Below, piece by piece: positions 28,305 to 37,564 of a DNA stretch of 64,000 nucleotides. Source of the DNA: an uncultured virus (IMG/VR IMGVR_UViG_3300047321_000100) (taxonomy: Duplodnaviria > Heunggongvirae > Uroviricota > Caudoviricetes); IMG/VR virus record IMGVR_UViG_3300047321_000100. The stretch is one strand, 5' to 3'. Made by a program: the position numbers and the translations under genes. The notes under the pieces are model-generated. The model was not told the DNA's origin. It made no database searches and saw only the letters and a list, made by a program, of their open reading frames with translations. Position 1 is the first letter of the stretch; each line of letters opens with the position of its first letter.

Positions 28305-28862
28305 CTAGGCCGCCCGACCGAAAAATGCTTCGACCAGTGGGTCGCGGAATGCAGGAGACAACTCAACCCGTCTAGCTGGCGGAGTGGGCTTTTTCTTGGG
28401 AATGTATTTCGCCCTGGAATAGTTTTCGCCGACCCCGCACATCCACAAATAGGCTCGCGATTTGTTGGGCCCGCGTGCCGGGGTTTCACCGCATCTGTGG
28501 ACCAGGTTGGCCGCTCGCGCAATCCGCAGATAGGTAGTCACGTATTCGCGAGACTTTCCGATTTCTTCTGCAATATCCAGCGTCGTGCAAGGTTGATGCT
28601 TATCAATGGCGTCAAGAACCTTTCGCATTCCCGGCGAAACATTGCGGACTGGCTCGTACTCGCCCGGCCCCGCAACGAACTTTGCCGGGTAGGTCGGCAA
28701 AATTCCGATACTCCCATTTTTCAGAAGATGACGAACGACGTGGATTGCCTGATGCTTCTTACGAAGCTTTTCTATCTGCGACAAGGTGAGCGGCCCGCAT
28801 TGCTTGAGAATGTCGAAAACCTCTTTGCGCGCAGTCGATTCGGTGTATTTGTTTCCGTTCAT
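28305..28862 (-). CDS. Tandem winged-HTH DNA-binding protein
   Basis: Two wHTH-like segments (GPLTLSQI; TTLDIAEEIGKSREYV). Confidence 0.6.
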   Translation of the reverse strand: MNGNKYTESTARKEVFDILKQCGPLTLSQIEKLRKKHQAIHVVRHLLKNGSIGILPTYPAKFVAGPGEYEPVRNVSPGMRKVLDAIDKHQPCTTLDIAEEIGKSREYVTTYLRIARAANLVHRCGETPARGPNKSRAYLWMCGVGENYSRAKYIPKKKPTPPARRVELSPAFRDPLVEAFFGRAA

Positions 28863-29497
28863 GATTTGCTCATCTCAAGTTGCTTGACTTGGCCGGAAGA
28901 TGCCTGCGTGAACTGAAGCAGAGGTTTGGCACTGCCAGCAGCAAGAACCATCTTCGCTTTCGCAGCATCCCCAACAAGCAATGGAGGCGCGCTATGGAAA
29001 CCAGAACGGGAGTTCTGAGCCTCAGCGATTCCGATCAGTACAGGCGGGTATTCCGGCACCTCTGATCGACTCTTGTAGCCGCGATAACGGTTCACGAACT
29101 CGTTTCGGACAAACGGCCACTCGTCCTCATCCTTCGATCCAACCGTAACCCAGCCGCCCATGTCCAATAAAACTCGGTGAATCACCGGGTCGTCGAACAC
29201 GACGCTTACGTAAGTGCCCTTGTGACGGATCGTGGAGTCAACTTTCGACCACGCCACCAGCGCAGAATCTTGCGTCGATCCCTGCAGCATCTTCACGACA
29301 TCGGCCGGCCGCGGCGCGAACTGGCCGGAATCCGGGTTGACGCAGTGCCGGTTAAGCGCATCAGCGACGGCGGAAAGGTCGTATTGCTTCATTGCCTCCC
29401 ACCAGACGCGCCCTGCGAATTCCGAAAAGTCTTTCCCGTAGAAGGCCTGAACATCCCCCATCAAGGCGAAAAACCTCGGCTTATCGTTTGGATTCAC
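28859..29497 (-). CDS. Replication accessory protein (P-like / DUF6475-like)
   Basis: GQFAPRPAD, SVVFDDP.IH....MGGW; follows the initiator. Confidence 0.65.
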   Translation of the reverse strand: MNPNDKPRFFALMGDVQAFYGKDFSEFAGRVWWEAMKQYDLSAVADALNRHCVNPDSGQFAPRPADVVKMLQGSTQDSALVAWSKVDSTIRHKGTYVSVVFDDPVIHRVLLDMGGWVTVGSKDEDEWPFVRNEFVNRYRGYKSRSEVPEYPPVLIGIAEAQNSRSGFHSAPPLLVGDAAKAKMVLAAGSAKPLLQFTQASSGQVKQLEMSKS

Positions 29498-30267
29498 GTT
29501 TCCTCCTGGGCAAGCCGTTCCGCAACGGCGCGATTGCGAGCTTCCAGCACTTCTTGACGATTCATTCCCACACCCCCAGAGATGGCAATCTGTGGGGATT
29601 TCAACCATCCAGATTCAAATCCCTGCCATCCGCGCTGACACGAAATCTTCAAAGCGGCCTGCAGGGATACACCGGCCTTCTCTGCCTCACGGTTGATACC
29701 GTCGATTGCCGTCTGTGTCGGCGGCGCACGTTTCGCTTTTCGATGCGTGATCCAATCTCGGGCAACGATCGAATCGACGCAGAGCGATTCGAGATATGCC
29801 AGAGCATCGAAGCGCGCAGCGCGTTGGCGCGGAGCGCAGTCCTCAATGGGTAATAGGGAATCAGTAATGGGTAATGGGGAATCAGGAATCAGCCCGGCTG
29901 GTTCAGGTATTTTTTCTTCTTGCATAGTGCTTGCACTGTGCTCGCACGGTGCCGGGATGCTGCTAGCAGCTTCCTTTACGTGCGGATTCTGGTGTTTCTC
30001 GAATGCCAACACCTGAATAAAGCGCGTACCGCCAGCCTCATAGCGCAAGATGAATCCCTTTGTATGCAGTTCCGACAGAAATGCATCCGCGTCGCATTCG
30101 TCATAAGGGAGGATTTCAGCCTTTATCTTCTTAGGACGATCTTCAAGACGGCCGGCACGGTCAGCAAGGCACCATAGACCTTGAAATAGGATTCTTCCGA
30201 GCGGGGCCATCTCCGCAAGGATGTCATTCGTAAAGAAGCTGGGCTTCAGGTTTCTAGCGCGCGCCAT
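29494..30267 (-). CDS. Phage replication initiator
   Basis: MARARNLKPSFF, GLWCLADRAGRL, RGWQGF; internal iteron-like repeats. Confidence 0.8.
   Translation of the reverse strand: MARARNLKPSFFTNDILAEMAPLGRILFQGLWCLADRAGRLEDRPKKIKAEILPYDECDADAFLSELHTKGFILRYEAGGTRFIQVLAFEKHQNPHVKEAASSIPAPCEHSASTMQEEKIPEPAGLIPDSPLPITDSLLPIEDCAPRQRAARFDALAYLESLCVDSIVARDWITHRKAKRAPPTQTAIDGINREAEKAGVSLQAALKISCQRGWQGFESGWLKSPQIAISGGVGMNRQEVLEARNRAVAERLAQEET
29845..29952. repeat. Putative replication origin: seven AATnnGn heptamers, T-rich spacer, three GCAYnGTGC repeats at 11-bp spacing
   Basis: Read directly; lies inside the initiator gene as lambda ori does in O. Confidence 0.55.
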
Positions 30268-30270
30268 ATC

Positions 30271-31026
30271 TCAATTGGTCCAGTCATTGATTACTTGGCA
30301 AAAGGTTGTCCAGTTGCGGCAACTCCGCGCCAGATCAAGAATTTCCTCAGTGTCAACACCGGCCTCGACGGCACCCTTCATCAGATCCATAACGATTCGT
30401 TCGTTCACATAGATCCGGTTGCGGAGAATTCCTCGCGCGTAGTACAGCTTCCTCATAGACTCCGGCTGAGACGACATGCGGCAAATTCCGCCGATTTTTG
30501 ACCATGCGTGCTGAACAGTCTCAGAGATTGCGTCGCCGTCCGCGCTAAGCCGAATGTATTGATGGCTAGCCGTATCAATGGCTTCAAGAACTGCTAATAG
30601 ACCAAACTGACGTATCAATTTCCGCGCGCCATTAAGGCCGTTCTCATTAAGATAGAAGCCGATAGCCGCCGACTCCCATGCCTCGGCAACCTTCCTGACT
30701 CCATCTTCGTCAATCTGCTTCAGACCATCGCGCCACTTGAGCATCATTTCCAGTTGCTCACGACGCTCGTTCAGTTGTTCCAACTGCTGGCGCTGCTTTG
30801 CGACCGCGGAGTCATCGGTTAGCAGCCGGTCAGACTTACCTGAATTGCAGTCCACGCAAGCGGTGACGTAATTCATCATGTCGTCGTCTCCGCCCTTGCT
30901 GACTGGGTGAATGTGATCGACGTTGAGAATCACTTCAGGAGCGCATTTCCCGCAGTACTGACACTTGAAGCTATCGCGCTTGAACACCTCGAAGCGCGTT
31001 TTCTTACTGATAGATTTGCGCGGCAC
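30271..31026 (-). CDS. HNH endonuclease domain protein
   Basis: RFEVFKRD.FKCQYCG...VDHI.PVSKGG...N..TAC.DCN.GK. Confidence 0.85.
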   Translation of the reverse strand: MPRKSISKKTRFEVFKRDSFKCQYCGKCAPEVILNVDHIHPVSKGGDDDMMNYVTACVDCNSGKSDRLLTDDSAVAKQRQQLEQLNERREQLEMMLKWRDGLKQIDEDGVRKVAEAWESAAIGFYLNENGLNGARKLIRQFGLLAVLEAIDTASHQYIRLSADGDAISETVQHAWSKIGGICRMSSQPESMRKLYYARGILRNRIYVNERIVMDLMKGAVEAGVDTEEILDLARSCRNWTTFCQVINDWTN

Positions 31027-31107
31027 TTAATCACCTCTCCATGCGCCGATCACCGCCAGGGCGATCACGATAAGCATTCCGATAGACAGCAGATCGGCGG
31101 CGTCCAT
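31027..31107 (-). CDS. 26-aa single-TM peptide
   Basis: MDAADLLSIGMLIVIALAVIGAWRGD fills the gap between neighbours exactly. Confidence 0.4.
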   Translation of the reverse strand: MDAADLLSIGMLIVIALAVIGAWRGD

Positions 31108-31108
31108 A

Positions 31109-31303
31109 TCAGTCCTCGTGCGGCCCAGTTTGTCCCTGCCTGGGAAGCATCCGAATGGCGTAACTGATGCCGAAAGAGAAGGCTCGCGTGCAATAAATCA
31201 CGAAGTCAGGCGTCGAAATGCCCTGCTCCGCTGCCCCTTGCTCGATCTGCTCTGCTTCCCCCGCGGGAAATTCAACCGTGTACTGCTTTTTGTCGTCGCT
31301 CAT
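31109..31303 (-). CDS. Hypothetical protein (RHH-like)
   Basis: Coupled to the upstream gene. Confidence 0.5.
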   Translation of the reverse strand: MSDDKKQYTVEFPAGEAEQIEQGAAEQGISTPDFVIYCTRAFSFGISYAIRMLPRQGQTGPHED

Positions 31304-31527
31304 GCTGCGTCCCGAATCGTCCCAAGTGGGGACCGACTGCCGGAATCGTCACTGACGCCCGAGCGGGCAGAAGGAACAATTCCACACAACAGCATTTCGG
31401 CAAGACGCGCGAGCGCCGCTGAATCGCTGTCGATGAAGTTGAGCTGCTTGAAGTCCTGCAAGCGCGTGTAGACCTCATCCCGCAGTCGCGTTTTGACTTC
31501 GTTCCGATATTCAGCACGGCGTGCCAT
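31300..31527 (-). CDS. Putative CII-position regulator
   Basis: Immediately downstream of cro; RHH-like pattern. Confidence 0.5.
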   Translation of the reverse strand: MARRAEYRNEVKTRLRDEVYTRLQDFKQLNFIDSDSAALARLAEMLLCGIVPSARSGVSDDSGSRSPLGTIRDAA

Positions 31528-31547
31528 GTGTAAGACCTCGTTATTGG

Positions 31548-31754
31548 TTATGCCGCAGACGCTTTCTCAGGCGCCGGGTGTTCTTCAAGACCTTCGAAGA
31601 CATCCGGCCGAGCAAGCCGCAGAAATTGGAGACGGTATTTCGGGATGCCCTCAGTGCGCCACTGGCTGACAGACGGCGGCTTGCATTCGCACAGCTCAGC
31701 GACTGCGTTGGTGCCGCCAAGCAGATCGATGACTGTGTTGGCAAATTGGTTCAT
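31548..31754 (-). CDS. cro: Cro-like repressor
   Basis: IDLLGGTNAVAELC..KPPSVSQWR..GIP; divergent from cI. Confidence 0.85.
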   Translation of the reverse strand: MNQFANTVIDLLGGTNAVAELCECKPPSVSQWRTEGIPKYRLQFLRLARPDVFEGLEEHPAPEKASAA

Positions 31755-31782
31755 GGAAGGCCTCTTAGTCGAATTCCGTTTT

Positions 31783-31847
31783 ATTTTAGGCCGACCTAAT
31801 TCCAAAAGCAAGCCATACCTAACCTTAAAAACATTAGGCTTACCTCA
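31783..31847. promoter_or_regulatory. OR region: PR-like TTGCTT-17-TAAAAT (minus strand) and three TTAGG-N4-CCTAA-type operators
   Basis: Operators at 31786-31799 (perfect), 31809-31822 and 31834-31847. Confidence 0.75.
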
Positions 31848-32332
31848 TGGATACGTGGAACAAACGAGTCGCCGCCCGGCGCGAAGAATTGGGCCTCTCG
31901 AAAGCGGAATTTGCGCGGCGCTGCGGCGTGTCGGCGCCGACCGTCAACGACTGGGAAAATGGGGACATAAAGGAGCTTAGCGGCCCCAAACTTCTGAAGA
32001 TATGCGACGCTCTGGCGCTCGATCCGTGGGAAGTTCTTGCCGGGAAGCCCCGCGTCAATCCTCCGATCAGAGAGGCAAATAGCCCTTTGAGCGATGAAGC
32101 GCAATTGTTAATTCAGTGTGTCGCGCGCCTGGACGGCCTTGGCGATACGGCCTCGCAAATGTTTGCGCACCACACCTCCTTACTAATGCTTGCAGAGCAA
32201 ATGTTGGGAATGCACCATGCTGAAGTGGTACGCGAACTGCATATTGAGGAGCAGAGACTGGCGTCCCACGTCGATCCACTGAGGGACCAAAGACATGCGA
32301 AGCGAGATCACAAGCCAAAAAGACATTATTGA
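31847..32332 (+). CDS. cI: XRE-HTH phage repressor without a recognisable S24 domain
   Basis: RREELGLSKAEFARRCGVSAPTVNDWENG HTH; 161 aa. Confidence 0.8.
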   Translation: MDTWNKRVAARREELGLSKAEFARRCGVSAPTVNDWENGDIKELSGPKLLKICDALALDPWEVLAGKPRVNPPIREANSPLSDEAQLLIQCVARLDGLGDTASQMFAHHTSLLMLAEQMLGMHHAEVVRELHIEEQRLASHVDPLRDQRHAKRDHKPKRHY

Positions 32333-32480
32333 CCTGGACGCCTACCGGGCGAGAAGGGTAAGGGTTCCGCTGCATATACGGGAAGCGCTACCCACCCCAA
32401 AGGACGCAGAAGAAGCACTCAATGAAGTCGCCCGACACCTGTTGATGGCTGTACGCGTCATCACGGCCCGCAAGAACTGA
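32295..32480 (+). CDS. Small protein co-transcribed with the repressor
   Basis: Overlaps the cI end; followed by a terminator. Confidence 0.5.
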   Translation: MRSEITSQKDIIDLDAYRARRVRVPLHIREALPTPKDAEEALNEVARHLLMAVRVITARKN

Positions 32481-32501
32481 CCGACAAGTCCCGCCCCACC
32501 G

Positions 32502-32524
32502 GCCCGCCTCGCGCGGGCTTTTTT
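32502..32524 (+). terminator. Intrinsic terminator of the repressor operon
   Basis: gcccgc-ctcgc-gcgggc followed by T6. Confidence 0.8.
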
Positions 32525-32536
32525 GTCGTCTAGGTA

Positions 32537-32586
32537 TTCGCCATACCTAAAAACTTCTTGACGTCAGATTTAGGTGCGCCTAAGAT
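32537..32586 (+). promoter_or_regulatory. PL-like promoter TTGACG-17-TAAGAT with OL operators
   Basis: -35 at 32558-32563, -10 at 32581-32586; TTAGG-tgcg-CCTAA at 32570-32583; degenerate site at 32537-32550. Confidence 0.8.
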
Positions 32587-32628
32587 TCTACTCACAGCAG
32601 CACACAAACAAACCCTGTGAGGCACGTC

Positions 32629-32832
32629 ATGAACCTGATCCGAATCCGCGCAACGAAGCTCGACACTGCAACCAAGGTTGCCCAAGGCATGGGACTGATC
32701 ATCGATCAGGTCTATGGCGACCAAGACAGTGCATACGTGAACATCGGCGCTCGTCGTGCCGGCCCGCGGGGCAACCATGAGCCGCGCTGGACCGATGAGC
32801 AGCTCGCCGAATTCCTGAACCGGAGGCTGTGA
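32629..32832 (+). CDS. Early-left hypothetical protein
   Basis: First ORF after PL, GAGG RBS. Confidence 0.6.
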   Translation: MNLIRIRATKLDTATKVAQGMGLIIDQVYGDQDSAYVNIGARRAGPRGNHEPRWTDEQLAEFLNRRL

Positions 32833-32963
32833 TGCAAACCCACAGCTACGTAAATCTGCGCCACGGCGTTCTGCACAGCTCTGACTACCGGTGCCGCAAT
32901 GGTCACCTGGTGCACTGCTACTTCACGACGATTTTCTACGACGACATCTGCTGGGGCTGAGCC

Positions 32964-33164
32964 ATGTACATGACATCAGAGGAGCGCGAAGAAGCGCGAG
33001 AGCACGCCGACGAATTCGTCGAGCACATCGTCTGCGAGAGCTGCGGAAAGGACGCCGTGATCGTGCAGCGCGACTGCGGTATCGGCGCTTACGAGTACTG
33101 GGGAGATCGCGGCGTTCACCGCGACATGCGCAACTGCTGTTCTGAGTGTGGAGACGAGGTATGA
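32964..33164 (+). CDS. Zinc-ribbon early protein
   Basis: CESC...CSEC. Confidence 0.6.
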   Translation: MYMTSEEREEAREHADEFVEHIVCESCGKDAVIVQRDCGIGAYEYWGDRGVHRDMRNCCSECGDEV

Positions 33165-33460
33165 GCGCAATTCCGCTGGTCATCAACAAGACCATGAAGT
33201 ACGGCGACTGGATGTTCGAGCGCGAGCTTGAAGCGATCGACCGCGCCACGTTGTCAGCCTACGACCGCCGCGAGCGCATCGAGCGCGAAGTCAGCTTCGA
33301 TGACCTGCTCGAAGAGTGCGTGGAAATGACCGGGCCGCAGAAGGAAGCGTTTATGCAAGCGCTGGCGCGCGGCAGCAATGCGGACGTACACACACTGTTC
33401 TGTTTGCTCGACCAGGTGAAAGAAGCGATCGTGAAGCGCCGGCTTGCGGGAGGTGAGTGA
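33161..33460 (+). CDS. Early hypothetical protein
   Basis: ATGA coupling, RBS. Confidence 0.6.
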   Translation: MSAIPLVINKTMKYGDWMFERELEAIDRATLSAYDRRERIEREVSFDDLLEECVEMTGPQKEAFMQALARGSNADVHTLFCLLDQVKEAIVKRRLAGGE

Positions 33461-33657
33461 TGGAAATCAGCCTCAGCAAGGTCATCGAAGCCATGTCCGC
33501 GCTCAACGTGACTGCAGATCACCTGATTAAAACGCATGGCGAAGATCAGGTTGCAGTGATGCTTGCAGCGGAGTGCATCAAGTCTGCTGCCGCGCTTCGT
33601 GCGGCGATGCACATGGCGGACCTTCAGAACGCACAAGTTACGGGAGCACTGCAATGA
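33457..33657 (+). CDS. Early hypothetical protein
   Basis: GGAGG RBS, coupling. Confidence 0.55.
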   Translation: MMEISLSKVIEAMSALNVTADHLIKTHGEDQVAVMLAAECIKSAAALRAAMHMADLQNAQVTGALQ

Positions 33658-34075
33658 GCGGCCTAGTCATTCTGGGGATCATCTGGACCGTGCTGTTTCT
33701 GTTCTGCCGGGCTTTGATGTGGGGTGCAGCGTGATCACCCTACATCGTAAGCGCGAAAGGCGCGAGCGCAGCGAACCGACCTTTTCGGATCTGACGCTGG
33801 CGTACAGCGCAGGTTTCTGGACAGCGGCGCTTCTGGCTTTGTTACTCGTCACGATCTGGAGGTAGTCATGCGCGCTGCGATTGACTGGTCGATTGTGGTG
33901 GTGTTCGGAATCTTTCTTGGCTACATGGCCGCCCGAGGTATCGCATGAAACGCCTGGCCAAAAACATCGCGCAGCTCGTCGGCCTCTGGATTCTGCTTGG
34001 CGTTGTGTTATCGGCGGCAGTCCTCGCAGTAGTGCCCGCTGACCCTCCAAGTGTGGACGCGGCGATACACAGAAC

Positions 34076-34924
34076 ATGAACGCGCGTGATTGGCACGCGG
34101 CAGACACTTTACAGGCTTACGAGGAGCAGGCAATGGAACTCGCAGAAAAGAATGCTGTGACTGATTACGACATCGTGGAAGAACAGCGCCCGACAGGGAT
34201 CATGCGCGCGCCGCAGCAGGCCATTTCGACGGTTAGCGCGACGCCGGCCGACCTGCTTCGCATCGCTATCGAAGGCGGGGCCGACCTTGACCGGCTCGAG
34301 CGCCTGATGGAATTGCAGTCGCGGCACGAAGCGAAGGAAGCAAAGCGCGCTTTCGATGCGGCTTTCGCGGCGTTCAAGGCTGAGGCCGTGACGATTCTCA
34401 AGGGCCGCAAGGTAACGGACGGCCCGCTGAAGGGCAAGAGCTACGCCGAGCTGCATGACGTGGTGAATGCCGTCACTCCTGCCCTTTCGAAGCATGGCCT
34501 CTCGTCGTCGTGGAAGCTCACGAAGGACGATAAGGACTGGATGGAAGTCACCTGCTATCTGCGCCACGTCAGCGGCCACGAGGAAAGCGTGTCGATGGGC
34601 GGACCGCCTGACGCCGGGGGCGCCAAGAACGCGATTCAGGCGCGCGCCAGCACTAAGACCTATCTGGAGCGCTATACGCTGAAGGCGATTACCGGCCTGT
34701 CCGAGCAGGAAGATGACGACGACGGCCGCGGCGGCAAATCTGATTCGCGCCCTCTGATCGACAAATGGCTGAAGGAAATCAGGAAGGCCAAGACCGAGAA
34801 AGAAGTCCGCGAAACGTGGGCGAACGCGACGCCGGAACTCAGCGCAACGAACGACCTGGCTGCGTTCAATGAGGTAAAGGGCGCCGTCACCAGCAAGATT
34901 GCTGATTTCAAGGCTGCGCAATGA
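34076..34924 (+). CDS. erf: ERF-family single-strand annealing recombinase
   Basis: SYAELHDVV...LSKHGL, LRH.SG, QA..S..TY..RY. Confidence 0.85.
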   Translation: MNARDWHAADTLQAYEEQAMELAEKNAVTDYDIVEEQRPTGIMRAPQQAISTVSATPADLLRIAIEGGADLDRLERLMELQSRHEAKEAKRAFDAAFAAFKAEAVTILKGRKVTDGPLKGKSYAELHDVVNAVTPALSKHGLSSSWKLTKDDKDWMEVTCYLRHVSGHEESVSMGGPPDAGGAKNAIQARASTKTYLERYTLKAITGLSEQEDDDDGRGGKSDSRPLIDKWLKEIRKAKTEKEVRETWANATPELSATNDLAAFNEVKGAVTSKIADFKAAQ

Positions 34925-35568
34925 GAACCGACCTGATTATCTGTGACGATCCGCAAGGATCCGAAGCATGGCTGCAGTCCAGAGCCGGCCGCGCAACAGG
35001 ATCGCGCGCGAAAGACATCCTCGCCAAGATCAAAACCGGCGAAGCCGCGGCACGCAGAAACTACCGCACGCAACTCGTTATCGAGCGCCTGACGGGCTCG
35101 CCGGCTGAAGGCGGGTTCGTGTCCAAGGAAATGCAGTGGGGGACTGACAACGAGCCTTTCGCCCGCATGGCATACGAATGCAAGACCGGCCGCCTCGTCA
35201 CCGAAATGGGTTTCATCTATCTGCCGTCGATGATGGCCGGCTGCTCGGTGGACGGGATGGTCGAGGACGAAGGAATGACGGGCATCTGGGAAGCGAAATG
35301 CCCGCTCAGCGCAACGCATGTCGAGTACCTGACTGCGGGGAAGTTGCCGGCCGACTACAAGCCGCAAATCCTGCACAACATGTACGTCACCGGCGCGCAG
35401 TTCGCTGACTTCGTTTCGTTCGACCCGCGAATGCCGGAAAAGCTGAAGCTGTTCATCGTGCGCTACAACCGCGTTGAGGAAGAGATCAAGGAATACGAGG
35501 CCGAACTGACGCAGTTTCTCAGTGAGGTCGATGCTCTGCAAAAGAAACTCTCGGAGCTTGCAGCATGA
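34921..35568 (+). CDS. Lambda-exonuclease/YqaJ family 5'-3' exonuclease
   Basis: QGSEAWL..R.G..TGS, MQWG...EP.AR, SVDG, EAKCP. Confidence 0.9.
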   Translation: MRTDLIICDDPQGSEAWLQSRAGRATGSRAKDILAKIKTGEAAARRNYRTQLVIERLTGSPAEGGFVSKEMQWGTDNEPFARMAYECKTGRLVTEMGFIYLPSMMAGCSVDGMVEDEGMTGIWEAKCPLSATHVEYLTAGKLPADYKPQILHNMYVTGAQFADFVSFDPRMPEKLKLFIVRYNRVEEEIKEYEAELTQFLSEVDALQKKLSELAA

Positions 35569-35951
35569 CGACATTCATTCTCAGATCGCCCGAGCATGCA
35601 CATAAGCTCGTGTCGTTCCTCAAGGACAACGCAGGCGAACAGGCGCGCATCGGGCAGCCGCTGGTCGTCACGGTGGAGGCGTACCAGGCTAAAAGGTCGG
35701 GCGAGCAGAACCGCCGTCTCTGGGCAATTTTGAGCGATGTTGCTGAGCAGGCTGTGGTGGACGGCAAGCGCTTCAGCAAGGAAGCGTGGTTCGAGTATTT
35801 CAAAGGCCAGTTTGCGCCGAAACAGGAAGGCCCTAACGGGCTCGTCGCAGTCAGCACTACCCAGATGACCAAGCAGCAGTTCGCCGACTTCATGACGCGC
35901 GTAGAAGTTGCCGCGGTGCAGACGCTGGGCGTGGAACTGCTCGAAGTTTGA
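35565..35951 (+). CDS. ninB: NinB (Orf) recombination mediator
   Basis: KRSGEQNRRLWA...WFEYFK...STTQM. Confidence 0.85.
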   Translation: MTTFILRSPEHAHKLVSFLKDNAGEQARIGQPLVVTVEAYQAKRSGEQNRRLWAILSDVAEQAVVDGKRFSKEAWFEYFKGQFAPKQEGPNGLVAVSTTQMTKQQFADFMTRVEVAAVQTLGVELLEV

Positions 35952-36039
35952 CCCGAACCGCGCAGACAGCGCGGCGTGCTTAGGGCGGCTAGGTCAGCGC
36001 CCGTTTTTTACAACTGTTCGGCTATGCCGGCGAGGGAAT

Positions 36040-36519
36040 ATGAGCGCAATTATTAGCCCCTGCGGCACATATAGATACCTGCTCAAGCGGCAAGCAGAGT
36101 CTATGGCGCCCATGAAATCGACAGCGCTGTTCGTGATGCTGAACCCAAGCACTGCCGACGCACAGTTGGACGACCCGACCATTCGTCGTTGCCGCGGCTT
36201 TTCGAAGCTATGGGATTGCAACGGTCTCGCGGTAGCAAACCTCTATGCGCTGCGCTCGACAAATCCGACCGCGCTTTGGACTCACCCCGACCCAGTAGGC
36301 CCTGATAACGATGACTATCTGCGGAAATTTGCCAGAGAGTGCGGAGATGTGGTGTGCGCATGGGGCGCGAATGCAAAGCCGGATAGGGTCGCTCGCGTGG
36401 CAAGCATTCTGGCAGACGCAGGCGCGCGCCTGTGGTGCCTCGGAACAACGAAAGATGGGGCGCCGCGGCATCCGCTTTACGTGCGAGCCGACCAACCGCT
36501 GATTGAGTGGCGCGCCTGA
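36040..36519 (+). CDS. DUF1643-like protein
   Basis: FVMLNPSTAD..LDDPTIRRC, NLYA.R.T.P, AWG, PRHPLY. Confidence 0.8.
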   Translation: MSAIISPCGTYRYLLKRQAESMAPMKSTALFVMLNPSTADAQLDDPTIRRCRGFSKLWDCNGLAVANLYALRSTNPTALWTHPDPVGPDNDDYLRKFARECGDVVCAWGANAKPDRVARVASILADAGARLWCLGTTKDGAPRHPLYVRADQPLIEWRA

Positions 36520-36578
36520 CCCACCCGCAAGGAACCCGACATGAATACCGATACAGACGCAGTGAAGGAGGTTCGATC

Positions 36579-37337
36579 GTGAGCCGTATTGTTTGCTGGT
36601 TCTCGTGCGGCGCGGCCAGTGCGGTTGCAACCAAGCTGGCGATCACCGATGCCCGCAAGTCAGGCGCGGAAGTGATCGTCGCCTACGCGGAGGTATTGGA
36701 AGAACACCCGGACAATCGCCGCTTTCTTGTCGAATGCGAGACATGGTTCGGCCAAGAGGTTGTTGTTTTGCGCAATGAGAAGTTCGGCGCGTCGATTTAC
36801 GAAGTGTTCCAGCGTGAGCGGTTCCTCGTAGGGCCGAGCGGAGCAGCATGCACACGCCTGCTCAAGAAGGGCGTCCGCGAATCATTCGAGCGGCCCGGAG
36901 ATCGTCAGGTTTTTGGGTACACGATGGAGGAACAGGGGCGCGTGGACCGCTTCATTGATGCGAACAACGCTGTCGATCTGTGGACGCCATTGATTGACAG
37001 GGGTCTCTCGAAGGGAGATTGCCTGGCGATCGTCAAGGGCGCTGGAATCGAACTGCCTGCCATGTATGCGCTCGGCTACCGCAACAACAACTGCATCGGT
37101 TGCGTGAAGGGCGGCGCTGGCTACTGGAACAAGATCCGCGTCGATTTCCCGGAAACATTTGAGCGCATGGCTAAGGTAGAGGAATACCTCGGGCGGACGG
37201 TCTGCAAGGTCACTGAGGAAAACGTAACGCGCCGCGTATCGCTCCGCGAGTTGCCGCCACACGTTGGCGACTATGAGTCGGAGCCTGACATGAGTTGCGG
37301 AATTTTCTGCCATATGGCCGAACAGGAGATCGCATGA
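36579..37337 (+). CDS. PAPS-reductase-like (adenine nucleotide alpha hydrolase) protein
   Basis: WFSCGAASA PP-loop, CTRLLK, NNCIGC, SCGIFC; AGGAGG RBS and GTG start. Confidence 0.8.
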   Translation: MSRIVCWFSCGAASAVATKLAITDARKSGAEVIVAYAEVLEEHPDNRRFLVECETWFGQEVVVLRNEKFGASIYEVFQRERFLVGPSGAACTRLLKKGVRESFERPGDRQVFGYTMEEQGRVDRFIDANNAVDLWTPLIDRGLSKGDCLAIVKGAGIELPAMYALGYRNNNCIGCVKGGAGYWNKIRVDFPETFERMAKVEEYLGRTVCKVTEENVTRRVSLRELPPHVGDYESEPDMSCGIFCHMAEQEIA

Positions 37338-37564
37338 ATACCACCACTACCAACATCGCTGGAGAGGATATGACTCTTAGCAAGTCCGAGCAGGATGCGC
37401 TGCGTGCCTGCGCAGTCCATCGACCAGGTTTCTACGTATGGAAGCCAGCGACGATGAAAAAGCTCGCGGCCAAAGGCTTGACTATGCAGTGTGCGAGCGG
37501 CGCATATCAACTTACGCAAGCGGGCGCTGACATGATCCGCGCACTTCGGGAGCAAAAGCAATGA
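37334..37564 (+). CDS. Small wHTH-like early protein
   Basis: LAAKGL...YQLTQAG. Confidence 0.55.
   Translation: MNTTTTNIAGEDMTLSKSEQDALRACAVHRPGFYVWKPATMKKLAAKGLTMQCASGAYQLTQAGADMIRALREQKQ

Noticed and set aside
35983..36009. Possible terminator after ninB
   Set aside because: Imperfect stem; plausible but too weak to list as a feature
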